Of a stretch of 64,000 bases of DNA, positions 49,579-58,999 are shown in pieces (the stretch's first letter is position 1; every line of letters begins with the position of its first letter). Made by a program: the position numbers and the translations under genes. The notes under the pieces are model-generated. The model worked only from the letters and a program-made list of their open reading frames with translations, was not told the DNA's origin and made no database searches. The stretch is from Oligoflexia bacterium (GTDB lineage Bacteria > Bdellovibrionota > UBA1018): assembly GCA_963758495.1 (NCBI GenBank), contig CAVWVI010000004.1, positions 640,001-704,000 on the forward strand. Reading direction: 5' to 3'.

Positions 49579-50076
49579 GTGCGCATCTGCCTCTATGCTT
49601 TCGGCAAACTAAAAACTCCCGGCCTCAGAGATACTGCCGACTACTATAAACGCTTGATCCGGCCCTGGATTTCAATTGAAGAAACCGAGTTAAAACCCCT
49701 CACTGTTCCAGAAAAAGCTCCTCAAACACGAATCAAAATCCAGGAGAAGGAAGGCGAAATTCTACTGGATCGGATGAAAAATGAAATCACAGGGAGAGGA
49801 ATTTTCTACATCTTAGACGAAAAAGGAAAATCTCAATCGACCCAAGAATGGGCTCGATTTGCAAGAAGCTGGGAGTCTGAGGGTATACCCACCGTTTCGT
49901 TTTGTATGGGTAGCAGTCTTGGTTTTTCACAAGAAGTCAGAAATCGCGCTCAAGGCTTATTAAGCTTAGGACCCCAAACCTTACCTCATGAATTAGCCCG
50001 AGTCGTACTTTTAGAGCAGCTCTATCGAGCTTGGAGTGTCATTCGAGGACATCCTTACCATAATGAAGGAACTTGA
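49579..50076 (+). CDS. rlmH: 23S rRNA (pseudouridine1915-N3)-methyltransferase
   Basis: LDEKGK and SLGPQTLPHELARVVLLEQLYRA...GHPYH. Confidence 0.96.
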   Translation: MRICLYAFGKLKTPGLRDTADYYKRLIRPWISIEETELKPLTVPEKAPQTRIKIQEKEGEILLDRMKNEITGRGIFYILDEKGKSQSTQEWARFARSWESEGIPTVSFCMGSSLGFSQEVRNRAQGLLSLGPQTLPHELARVVLLEQLYRAWSVIRGHPYHNEGT

Positions 50077-50168
50077 GAGGTTTCCATTCGTCCTTTTATT
50101 GGCTCTATGCGTCAACTTTGCTACAGTCCCCAACTAGAAGCATTCGGTAATTTAAAATGTAATTCCAG

Positions 50169-50504
50169 CTACATTTTATCCTTTTCTGATTTTTTTCTGA
50201 ATTTAACCGTTAACCCAAATGGCTCCCCAATCTTCATCAATGTCGCCAGGGTTGGATTTCTCACTCTTCGTTCTATATCGATAAGTACCCTGGGTGCGAT
50301 TCCAATCATTCGGGCATAATCCACTTGGGTTTTTCCAACAATTTCACGCATTTTTCGAATCGCTTCGGCTATATCTAACTGTCCACTATCCAAATCTTTG
50401 TAAAACTGTATCTTAGCCTCTATTGTGTCAGGAGGTTTGCGTCTCACCCTCTTTTGTGAACTTGAGCTTTTTAAATTTTTGCTTTTTTCAGTTATTACTT
50501 TCAT
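50169..50504 (-). CDS. XRE HTH antitoxin-like protein downstream of hipA
   Basis: IRKMREIVGKTQVDYARMIGIAPRVLIDIE...NPTLATLMKIGEPFGL. Confidence 0.85.
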   Translation of the reverse strand: MKVITEKSKNLKSSSSQKRVRRKPPDTIEAKIQFYKDLDSGQLDIAEAIRKMREIVGKTQVDYARMIGIAPRVLIDIERRVRNPTLATLMKIGEPFGLTVKFRKKSEKDKM

Positions 50505-50513
50505 CTATTTTCT

Positions 50514-51806
50514 CTAAAAAACTTTTCCTAAAGCACTTGCAACGTCATTGATTCGATTTTGAAATCTATCAATCAATGCTTTACCCACACCACAATGAGC
50601 CATGATTTTAGGTAAATCCCCAACAGTTTTGGAAAATTTTGCAAGATGCTTTGCAATTTCATCAGCCTCGAATCCAAATTGACTCACTCTCTGTACAACC
50701 TTTTTCCAATCCGGGAATCCAGCAGTTTCCGCATTTGCCCATCGGCAAACTCTGGGAATTCCCTGATCGTCCAAAATCATAGGTGCAAAATCAAAAAGTG
50801 GAGACAATCTAATAGTGCCATCTAAATACTTCGAAACAGCAGTATTTCTAGCATGGTTATCAGTATTACCTAGTGCCACATTCAGTACATCCCGAGTGAG
50901 GAATTCTTTTACATCATCTAATGGGCTAGAAGAGTACTTTGCTAAAACCTCACATAAGAGCTCTTGCGATACTTTTTCCCCAAACTCAGAAACGCCTGCC
51001 AATGAGCAAAGGCTTTCCTGACCGTGTCGAATGACCTGCCCCTCTTTCACACTTCTATCGAAGCGCGATACAAAAAGTACATTTTTTTCAAAGTTTGGCA
51101 ATTCGTGAACCGTCACTCCAACTTCTTTAGCCACTCTTGCATACGCCGCTTCATTTTTTAAAATGATTCGATCAGACTCTTGCTTCCCTCGTGGAAACTT
51201 TACGAGCCAATGCTTTGCGGTCAATTCGTCACTCAAAGCTCCATCAGCATGCCATTTTCCTTTTTTGTCTTCCGTTAAAAGGAATTTGGGAGCATCACCT
51301 TGGGCGCCTGTCGAACCAGCAACGGGTGCGCCGTGTTCATGAGCATACTCGATAAACTGTTCCTTTTTTGTAATCACATCTGAATAATCAAAACCGTCGA
51401 GATTCGGGTGACTTCCAAATGAACCAAGAACTCGTCGCGCTGCCTCTTGGATCCGCAGATTACCTATAGGATTTGCGGCTGCAGCAATCAATAATGGCCA
51501 GTCAGCAGCAGCCCCATCCTTTAGGTTAAGTTTTCGCACCCAGTAACGGCGACTGGCACCCGAAGGTAACAAATCCAAAAGAAAGGCTGGCCATGCAACT
51601 CCATCATAAAGTTCAAAATTTACAGTGTATCTGCATGAAACTGCAGCTCGATCATTTCTTCCTAAATGCTCTCCGGCAAAGCTCGTATCGTATTCTAAAT
51701 AACCTGAGCCACGATAGCCTTTCTTGACTTCAGAACTTGAACGCACTTCAAACTCAGCAGCTTGAGTCCATTGATTGTTTATAAAAATTTCAATTCCACA
51801 CTTCAT
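50514..51806 (-). CDS. hipA: HipA-family kinase toxin
   Basis: PAFLLDLLPSG, GAQGDAPK, WLVKFP, SRFDR, GNTDNHARN and LSPLFDFAP. Confidence 0.93.
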   Translation of the reverse strand: MKCGIEIFINNQWTQAAEFEVRSSSEVKKGYRGSGYLEYDTSFAGEHLGRNDRAAVSCRYTVNFELYDGVAWPAFLLDLLPSGASRRYWVRKLNLKDGAAADWPLLIAAAANPIGNLRIQEAARRVLGSFGSHPNLDGFDYSDVITKKEQFIEYAHEHGAPVAGSTGAQGDAPKFLLTEDKKGKWHADGALSDELTAKHWLVKFPRGKQESDRIILKNEAAYARVAKEVGVTVHELPNFEKNVLFVSRFDRSVKEGQVIRHGQESLCSLAGVSEFGEKVSQELLCEVLAKYSSSPLDDVKEFLTRDVLNVALGNTDNHARNTAVSKYLDGTIRLSPLFDFAPMILDDQGIPRVCRWANAETAGFPDWKKVVQRVSQFGFEADEIAKHLAKFSKTVGDLPKIMAHCGVGKALIDRFQNRINDVASALGKVF

Positions 51807-52177
51807 GCTATTATAATGACAAATTAATTAACTAATTACCACTTTATCTGCCATTAAAGTAACAAGTTAATAAATGAAAAAGTGGAAGAATTAAGCGAGC
51901 TACCTAAATAGTGAAGTTTAACATCTAAAGTCCATGACTTCCGCTGGCTTAATTCAGTTCTTGAGAATTACAAAAAAAATTACAACTTGCTGATTTTAAA
52001 GGATATTTTTTAAATTAAAAACAAAAACCAGTTATTTCAATAAATTACAAACTTATGACGACCTACCGGATTTAAAAAATTATTCTTGTAACAGCTCCTG
52101 GGTAGACTATAGCCTGTTTCCTTGAGACATATAGATCTTTACGCAGAGCTTCATACAAAAGGATAAAGGAAAAAATT

Positions 52178-53761
52178 ATGAGCAACCGAGCCATCCTTAT
52201 TGTCCTAGACGGTTTTGGCATTGGAAAAGACTCACCCTTTAATGCGATCAAAAACGCACCCATGCCGTTCTATAATGGCATTGTGAAAAAATACCCTCAT
52301 TCTCAACTGATTACTCATGGCCCAGCAGTAGGGCTTCCTGTGGGCGTCATGGGAAACTCTGAGGTAGGTCATATGACGATGGGGGCTGGGCGAGTGATTT
52401 ATCAAGATCTGACTCGGATTTCCAAATCCATAGAGGATAAGGAATTTTTTAAAAACCCTATACTCCGAAAAACGATTCAAGCCGGTGCAAATAAAACTGG
52501 AAAAGTCCATTTGATGGGTTTGCTTTCTGATGCAGGAGTTCATAGCCATCTTGACCATCTTCTGGCGCTTCTTGATCTTTGTGTAGAGCTTCAAGTTCCT
52601 CAGGTCAGTGTCCACGCTTTTCTGGACGGTCGAGATACTCCTCCAAACTCTTCTCCCAAGTATTTGCAGAAACTCCTGTCTCATCCCACCTTTTCAAAAG
52701 CAGGATTGGGTCAAACTCATGCGTCAATTGCTTCCGTTATGGGTCGTTATTGGGCGATGGACCGGGATCAGCGATGGGATCGCGTTGCACGCGCTTACCT
52801 GACCCTCACAGGGCAGGTACCTGAAACCGCTTCAGATCCCCTCCACGTGGTACAATCCTCCTATGACGCAGGAAAATCAGACGAATTTGTTGAACCTGTG
52901 TTGCTCTCTCCACCTGGAGCTCGAGGCGCCATGATGGATGGAGATAGTGTCATCTTTTTTAATTTTCGTTCCGATCGAGCCCGAGAAATCACCCGTGCTT
53001 TGACCGAACCTGATTTTACTTTTTTTAACCGCGGGCGGGGATTTCAACCAAGTGCTTTTGCGGGAATGACAACCTATGATAAGACATTCGTAAACGTAGA
53101 CGTGGCTTTTGGACCTCAAAGCATGAATCACATTCTGGGGGAATGGCTTGAAGAGAAGGGCTTACGACAATTTAGAATTGCGGAGACCGAAAAATATGCA
53201 CATGTTACGTTTTTCTTTAACGGCGGTCGAGAAAAGCCATTTGAAAGAGAAGATCGAGTTCTCATTGCTTCTCCTCAAGACGTACCTACCTATGATCTCA
53301 AACCAGAAATGAGTGCCGAAGGTATTGCGCAAGAAGCGTCTCAGAGAATTCTACAAAAAAAATATGACTTCATCCTGATGAATTTCGCGAATGCGGACAT
53401 GGTAGGCCACACAGGAAACTATGAAGCAACCGTTCGAGCCATGAAGGCTTTGGATTCCTGCTTAACTCAGGTCATTGGCGCTGCCGAAAAATCAGGCTAT
53501 CATGTCCTTCTGACTTCGGATCACGGCAATGCAGAAGAGATGATGGATGAACAAGGACATATTCATACACAACATACCATTAATCCAGTGCCGGCAATTT
53601 GGATTGCACCTAATACCGCCATCGCTCCGCAAACCAGTCGGGTGGCTCTAAAAGATGGAAGTTTATGTGACATCATGCCTACCCTGTGTAATCTTATGAA
53701 TCTCCCTCTCCCACCCGAAGTTACGGGAAAGAGCTTAATTCCAGGAAAAATTTCATGCTGA
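52178..53761 (+). CDS. gpmI: 2,3-bisphosphoglycerate-independent phosphoglycerate mutase
   Basis: LDGFG, MGNSEVGH, AETEKYAHVTFFFNGG and DMVGHTG. Confidence 0.98.
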   Translation: MSNRAILIVLDGFGIGKDSPFNAIKNAPMPFYNGIVKKYPHSQLITHGPAVGLPVGVMGNSEVGHMTMGAGRVIYQDLTRISKSIEDKEFFKNPILRKTIQAGANKTGKVHLMGLLSDAGVHSHLDHLLALLDLCVELQVPQVSVHAFLDGRDTPPNSSPKYLQKLLSHPTFSKAGLGQTHASIASVMGRYWAMDRDQRWDRVARAYLTLTGQVPETASDPLHVVQSSYDAGKSDEFVEPVLLSPPGARGAMMDGDSVIFFNFRSDRAREITRALTEPDFTFFNRGRGFQPSAFAGMTTYDKTFVNVDVAFGPQSMNHILGEWLEEKGLRQFRIAETEKYAHVTFFFNGGREKPFEREDRVLIASPQDVPTYDLKPEMSAEGIAQEASQRILQKKYDFILMNFANADMVGHTGNYEATVRAMKALDSCLTQVIGAAEKSGYHVLLTSDHGNAEEMMDEQGHIHTQHTINPVPAIWIAPNTAIAPQTSRVALKDGSLCDIMPTLCNLMNLPLPPEVTGKSLIPGKISC

Positions 53762-54756
53762 CCTTCCCTCAACTTAATTTAAAGAAAAAAATTCACTCCA
53801 TCGCGGTCCTTACAAGTGGCGGGGATGCTCCCGGCATGAACGCCGCCATCCGCGCAGTGGTTCGTTATAGTTTAGCCCACGGCTGTAAAGTTCATGGTAT
53901 CCTCAGAGGTTATAGCGGATTACTTGAAGGCAAGATGGTTCAGTTAGAGCCCGCTTCTGTTGCAAATATTATTCAAAGAGGCGGTACTATTCTTAAAACA
54001 GATCGATCTCTGGAGTTTTATAAAAAATCCGCTCGAAAAAGAGCCGCTCAAATCCTAAGAAATCAAGGCATTGAGGGTCTGATTGTTATCGGTGGAGATG
54101 GCTCTTTTACGGGAGCAAATCTCATGGAATCTGAGACCGGATTTCCAGTGATAGGAGTTCCTGGCACCATTGATAATGATATCGCTGAGACTGAAGATAC
54201 GATTGGCTTTGACACCGCCGTAAATACGGCGATTGACTCCATCGATAAAATTCGGGATACGGCAAGTTCTCATGATCGAATTTTTTTAGTGGAAGTCATG
54301 GGACGAAGCTCTGGCTTTATTGCCCTTCAGGTCGGAATGGGCGGAGGAGCTGAAACCATCATTCTCCCCGAGAAAAAAGAAACCGTTGATAATATTTGTA
54401 ATACAATTGAACGAGGAATTCGGAGAGGAAAAACCAGCAGCATTATCGTTGTTGCGGAAGGACCTAAACCGGGTCTCTCTACGAGGTTATCGGCAGATTT
54501 AACTCGACGAGGCTATAGCGCCAAAGTATGCATCTTAGGCCATACTCAACGAGGGGGCGCACCCACTACTCATGATCGAGTTCTTGCATCTATCTTAGGC
54601 TCATCCGCTGTGGCCTATCTTCTTTCAGGACGCTCTCATTCAATGGTCGGTATTCAAAAAGGCCAAGTGGTCTTAGTGCCGTTCAATCGGGTGATTGGAT
54701 TTAAAAAGAAAGTCCCAGTGGAGCTTTTAAACCTTGCACAGATTTTAGCTTCTTAG
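53755..54756 (+). CDS. pfkA: ATP-dependent 6-phosphofructokinase
   Basis: TSGGDAPGMN, IGGDGS, GTIDND, EVMGR and LGHTQRGG. Confidence 0.97.
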   Translation: MLTFPQLNLKKKIHSIAVLTSGGDAPGMNAAIRAVVRYSLAHGCKVHGILRGYSGLLEGKMVQLEPASVANIIQRGGTILKTDRSLEFYKKSARKRAAQILRNQGIEGLIVIGGDGSFTGANLMESETGFPVIGVPGTIDNDIAETEDTIGFDTAVNTAIDSIDKIRDTASSHDRIFLVEVMGRSSGFIALQVGMGGGAETIILPEKKETVDNICNTIERGIRRGKTSSIIVVAEGPKPGLSTRLSADLTRRGYSAKVCILGHTQRGGAPTTHDRVLASILGSSAVAYLLSGRSHSMVGIQKGQVVLVPFNRVIGFKKKVPVELLNLAQILAS

Positions 54757-54855
54757 TTTTCTGGTTTTTTAAATACTCTCCAAAACCGAAAGATCGCCTT
54801 AGTAAGTTTTTAAAGATCTCCCGTCTAAAACCAAGAAAATCTTAGGCACCTTAAA

Positions 54856-55640
54856 TTATTTATTTAATTTATATTTCATAATAGCAATCGGTAAGTAATT
54901 TTCTTCTTCCTCGATTTCCTGACCTGATAAATGCTGTTCTAATATTTTAGCTATTCTTCTAGCTGTTTCCTGACTTCTCTCTGAACGAAGCATGTCTAAT
55001 GGAGGATTTTCACCAAAACATTGTATACTTACGACATGTTTATGGGCTAACCCAGCAGCACACAACAAGGATACCCTACCCTTTTCATCCAAACGAAGGT
55101 CATCATGAAATATCTCACTGCCGCTCTTCCTACTGCTCCACATTCTAGTCAGTTTTTCTTGGCGCATCTTATTCTTTGCTTGTCTGAGTTTGAATTTGAG
55201 TTCCCATTTTTTCTCTTTGGACAGCTCCTCAGTATTTAATACAATCGCATCTCTTGGCTCTCCAATCGCATTAAAACTCACTTCAAATCCAATTTGCTTC
55301 TTAGCTGGAGATGGATGGTCTAAGTAGTTTTCATCTAATAACTCGCTCAAATCTGCTACTTCCAAAGTCGTATCTGGAATATAATCAACAGAAGCTCTTT
55401 CCACAGATAAGTCGCTATTTACCTCTGCAGGTTCACCTGCACCTGCACCGCACGTGCACGCGCTGCGCCTGCGCCTGCGCCTGCGCCTAAGACATCAATC
55501 AGAACGTCTTGATTTGTAAGGTCTGGAAAATTTGCAATATTCCAATTTCCTGCAGCAAGGACACTGGCAGACTGTCCTAACAAGATTACAGTGGCAAGCA
55601 TGGAAATATGAGTTTTTGTTAAATTACTTAATCTTTTCAT
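54856..55640 (-). pseudogene. Secreted hypothetical protein split by a frameshift inside a Gly-Ala repeat tract
   Basis: The signal-peptide ORF reads ...GAGAGAGA; after the shift it continues GAGAGEPAEVNSDLSVERASVDY into ORF 54856-55404. Confidence 0.6.
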
Positions 55641-55892
55641 AAAATTTACCTCTAATGATTTCAATCATGAATCATATTGCAGAAAATAGACCAAAAAAAG
55701 TACTTTATAAGTTATTTATATAGATCGAGGTAATAGTTTGATAGTATTGTTAAATTATATTTAAACATAAATATAGTAATAAGAATATTAACTAATTTAG
55801 TTACGTTATTTAGCCTAATCCATTTCAATCTGTCAAAAACTTTAACACACAATAAACTAAAACTCGCATATTTCTCGCACAGAACGGACCCT

Positions 55893-56666
55893 ATGCTGAG
55901 CCTTTTTACCCGATGTATTTCTTGCCAATCTAATCTGCAAATGACGACCGATCGAAACTATTTCCCTCTCTGTCTGATCTGTTCAGAAAGTTTGGTTTCT
56001 TGCCCAAATCTCTGTAAAAACTGTGGAAGTCCATTATGCTTGCCCTTAGGTCCGCAAGACCCCAATCCAACCTGTGCTCGACCTTGGATCTCCAATCCCT
56101 GCATCAACTCCTATTCTGCTCGCTATCTTTTAATCAACCCTGGATATTCGGTATTAAGAAAATGGAAAATTCATGGAGGTATTCTATTCGATCGCCAAGT
56201 CTTTAAATCAAACAGCCTCATTCAAGCGGCTTGGCAGTACTCCCAAGCTGAAGCGATTATCCCTATTCCTCAAAATTATAGGAGAGCCTGGAAAATGGGG
56301 GGCAGCCGAGTAGAACGAATCGCACAATGGGTCGGTTCTGAAACTCATTGCCCCATAATCAGGGCTCTTCAATTGCCTTTATCTTTAAATACTCATCCAA
56401 GGAAACGACAAGCCTCTTTAAATTTATCAGAACGTCTTGAAAGCCAAATTAAATTTCAAGTTCATTCTCATAAATTACAAAATGTAAAACGAGTGATCCT
56501 AGTAGATGATTTTAGAACGAGTGGACGAACTCTCAACCAAGCTGCAGCCGCCCTGAAAAAAAGCGGTTTGGAACAAATTCATGTTTTTTGTTTAGGGATC
56601 AGAGTCTTCCGGTTTAATTCGGAGGAGCCGTCTCGCCCTGCACAGCACTTGATATCACGGGATTAA
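55893..56666 (+). CDS. comF: ComF-family double-zinc-ribbon phosphoribosyltransferase-like protein
   Basis: CxxC pairs, IIPIP and VILVDDFRTSGRTL. Confidence 0.82.
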   Translation: MLSLFTRCISCQSNLQMTTDRNYFPLCLICSESLVSCPNLCKNCGSPLCLPLGPQDPNPTCARPWISNPCINSYSARYLLINPGYSVLRKWKIHGGILFDRQVFKSNSLIQAAWQYSQAEAIIPIPQNYRRAWKMGGSRVERIAQWVGSETHCPIIRALQLPLSLNTHPRKRQASLNLSERLESQIKFQVHSHKLQNVKRVILVDDFRTSGRTLNQAAAALKKSGLEQIHVFCLGIRVFRFNSEEPSRPAQHLISRD

Positions 56667-57729
56667 TCCCTAGAGCTGACCCCACTTGCTGAAAAGCCGA
56701 TGAGGGTCCGTAAGTATCAGTAAAAAATGAAATCCCTGAAAGACCGGGTTCAGTATAAGGCGCAGAAGGAACTGATCCAGCGGCATCAATCGCTTCTTCT
56801 CCAAAACGCACTTGTTCTTCAAGAATAGTTGCCCCAAAGTTCGCAAATCCCTCTGGAATGAGATTGCTTCCAGCAAAAATTTTATCCAGCGTAGTTTTCA
56901 TTCGACGAAACTTCTTCGCAATTTCGTGATTATTTTCCACTTCTTCAGGAGATAAACAGAGCGACCATCTACTGCGCATTCCACAAGAAGTAAAATATCC
57001 CCAGACATGTTTATCGAGCTTATCGCCTGCCTCTTTATTGAGTGTCGCAAAAAAGCTCTCTTGAAGAGCTGCTCCCAAACTAAATCGATGAAGAAAACTA
57101 GCTTGTAATACTCCCATGGTCACACGATTCCTAAGAAAGGAGAGAGCTTTAGGTAACCCTTCAAGTCCTGACAATAAACTCCAACGATCTGCGTAAATCA
57201 CATGATCGCATTCCAGCTCAACACCCGAAGCAAGCTGAACTGCTTCGATCCCATGACCGCCTTTTCGGAAAGATGTAACAGGAACACCTTCGAACCTTTT
57301 TAAATGAGGAAAACGTCCCGACAACAAAACGGTTCGAAATTCTTCTTCGATTTCCCCTAAAGACATTCTAAATCGGCTATCAATCGCTCCGACAAATCTT
57401 CGCTCAGGTTCCCACAAAACTTCGTCCCTGACTTCCAATCGACTTTCAGGGGTGGGTGCTTTCATCCATAAAGGTTCACGAAAAGCCTTATTCCTAAACT
57501 CTCGAATAAACGATCCCTGACGTTGCTCACCCAAATCTACGCCTAATTTAAGTGCTAATTCTGCCCAAATTGCAACTCCAGGACCCCACTCCAAACTGGC
57601 TAACGGTGACATAATTCGTGCGCCAGTTCCAGTAACCCAGTACACTGGAGTACCCTGACACGCAAAGAACCCGACCGCTCCTAATGCAGACCAACCCTCG
57701 CCTATCACTACTCTAGGTTTTTCACTCAT
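56614..57729 (-). CDS. Hypothetical protein with degenerate FAD/NAD-binding Rossmann start
   Basis: RVVIGEGWSALG and VQLASGVELECDHVIYA; coupled to lysC. Confidence 0.6.
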   Translation of the reverse strand: MSEKPRVVIGEGWSALGAVGFFACQGTPVYWVTGTGARIMSPLASLEWGPGVAIWAELALKLGVDLGEQRQGSFIREFRNKAFREPLWMKAPTPESRLEVRDEVLWEPERRFVGAIDSRFRMSLGEIEEEFRTVLLSGRFPHLKRFEGVPVTSFRKGGHGIEAVQLASGVELECDHVIYADRWSLLSGLEGLPKALSFLRNRVTMGVLQASFLHRFSLGAALQESFFATLNKEAGDKLDKHVWGYFTSCGMRSRWSLCLSPEEVENNHEIAKKFRRMKTTLDKIFAGSNLIPEGFANFGATILEEQVRFGEEAIDAAGSVPSAPYTEPGLSGISFFTDTYGPSSAFQQVGSALGINPVISSAVQGETAPPN

Positions 57730-58922
57730 TCGAGGAACTCCTTATGTAAAATTTTAACACCTTGATCTGCATCAGCTACAGGAATTCCTACTGTAATCGC
57801 CAATGACGAAGCGGATCCTACTTTTATAGCAATATGTTCTCGGGTCAAGACTTCAATAATTTGATGTAAAGCCGCCCCATCCTGTGAAAATCGATCCCCA
57901 ATGACAGATAATGGAATAGTACCAGCATCAATTTCATACTTTTTTACAAAACCATCAAGAACGAGGCCTTCTAAGGTCTTGCGCCATTCACTTTCACCAT
58001 CTCGATCTGAAAAAAATCGGACTTCAGTATCTGAAAAAAGTGGAGCAACAATACCCAGATGCGTACGCGCTGCTCGATCCCATAATGCACCCAACACAGA
58101 AGACCGAGCCAGAGTGATGGTTATGAAAAGCTTGGTTCGATCAGCAGTAACCCCTACCACCCCAAACTCTTCCATACCTCTTGTTTTTAATAAGCTGGAA
58201 ACCACTGCAGTACCCTCGTTTTCATTTAAGCTATTTCTTACTTTTAAAGAAACTCCAAATTGCTTTGCAAGCTCTACACTTCTGGGATGTAATACACCTG
58301 CTCCTCGAGTGGCCATTTCAACCATTAAATCATGAGAAATGACATTCCATAGTTGGGCCTGAGGCACTATCCTCGGGTCGGCAGAATAGACACCATCGAC
58401 ATCTGTAAAAATTTCGCAAGCATCCGCCTGAAGAGCAGCAGCTAATGCAACTGCACTCGTATCAGAGCCACCTCGGCCTAATGTGGTGATTTCTTTTTTT
58501 TCACTCACGCCCTGAAAGCCGGCTACTATTGCAACCACTCCCTCTTTTAGCGTCAACCGAACCCGATCACCTAAAATACTCCGGATTCTCGCCCGCCGAT
58601 GACTCTCATCCGTGATAATTCCACTCTGTGACCCTGTAAATGACCTTGCTTGGACATTACAATCTGATAGCGCCATACTTAAAAGTGCCATGGATATTCT
58701 CTCACCAGAAGTGAGAAGCATGTCCATCTCACGATGAGGGGGGTTCTTTGAGACTCGATGAGCAAGATCAATCAGCTCGTCAGTCGTATGTCCCATCGCA
58801 GAAACCACAACTACAAGCTGATGACCCTCCCCCTGTGATCGAGCAATTCTATTGGCCACTGAGCGAATCCGCTCAGGAGTACCCACGGAAGTTCCGCCGA
58901 ATTTCTGAACAATGAGTGCCAT
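57726..58922 (-). CDS. lysC: Aspartate kinase
   Basis: MALIVQKFGGTSV, VVVVSAMG, TTLGRGGSDTSA and TDVDGVYSADPR. Confidence 0.96.
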   Translation of the reverse strand: MALIVQKFGGTSVGTPERIRSVANRIARSQGEGHQLVVVVSAMGHTTDELIDLAHRVSKNPPHREMDMLLTSGERISMALLSMALSDCNVQARSFTGSQSGIITDESHRRARIRSILGDRVRLTLKEGVVAIVAGFQGVSEKKEITTLGRGGSDTSAVALAAALQADACEIFTDVDGVYSADPRIVPQAQLWNVISHDLMVEMATRGAGVLHPRSVELAKQFGVSLKVRNSLNENEGTAVVSSLLKTRGMEEFGVVGVTADRTKLFITITLARSSVLGALWDRAARTHLGIVAPLFSDTEVRFFSDRDGESEWRKTLEGLVLDGFVKKYEIDAGTIPLSVIGDRFSQDGAALHQIIEVLTREHIAIKVGSASSLAITVGIPVADADQGVKILHKEFLE

Positions 58923-58999
58923 GACCCTTATTCGCACATTCCCAGTCCAGCTGTCTAGGATCTAAGTGCTAGACTCTCTTGATATCGGATGCCCAAAGT

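Noticed and set aside
50040..52177. att direct repeat of the rlmH 3' end flanking hipA
   Set aside because: No second copy of the rlmH terminal sequence was found by eye.
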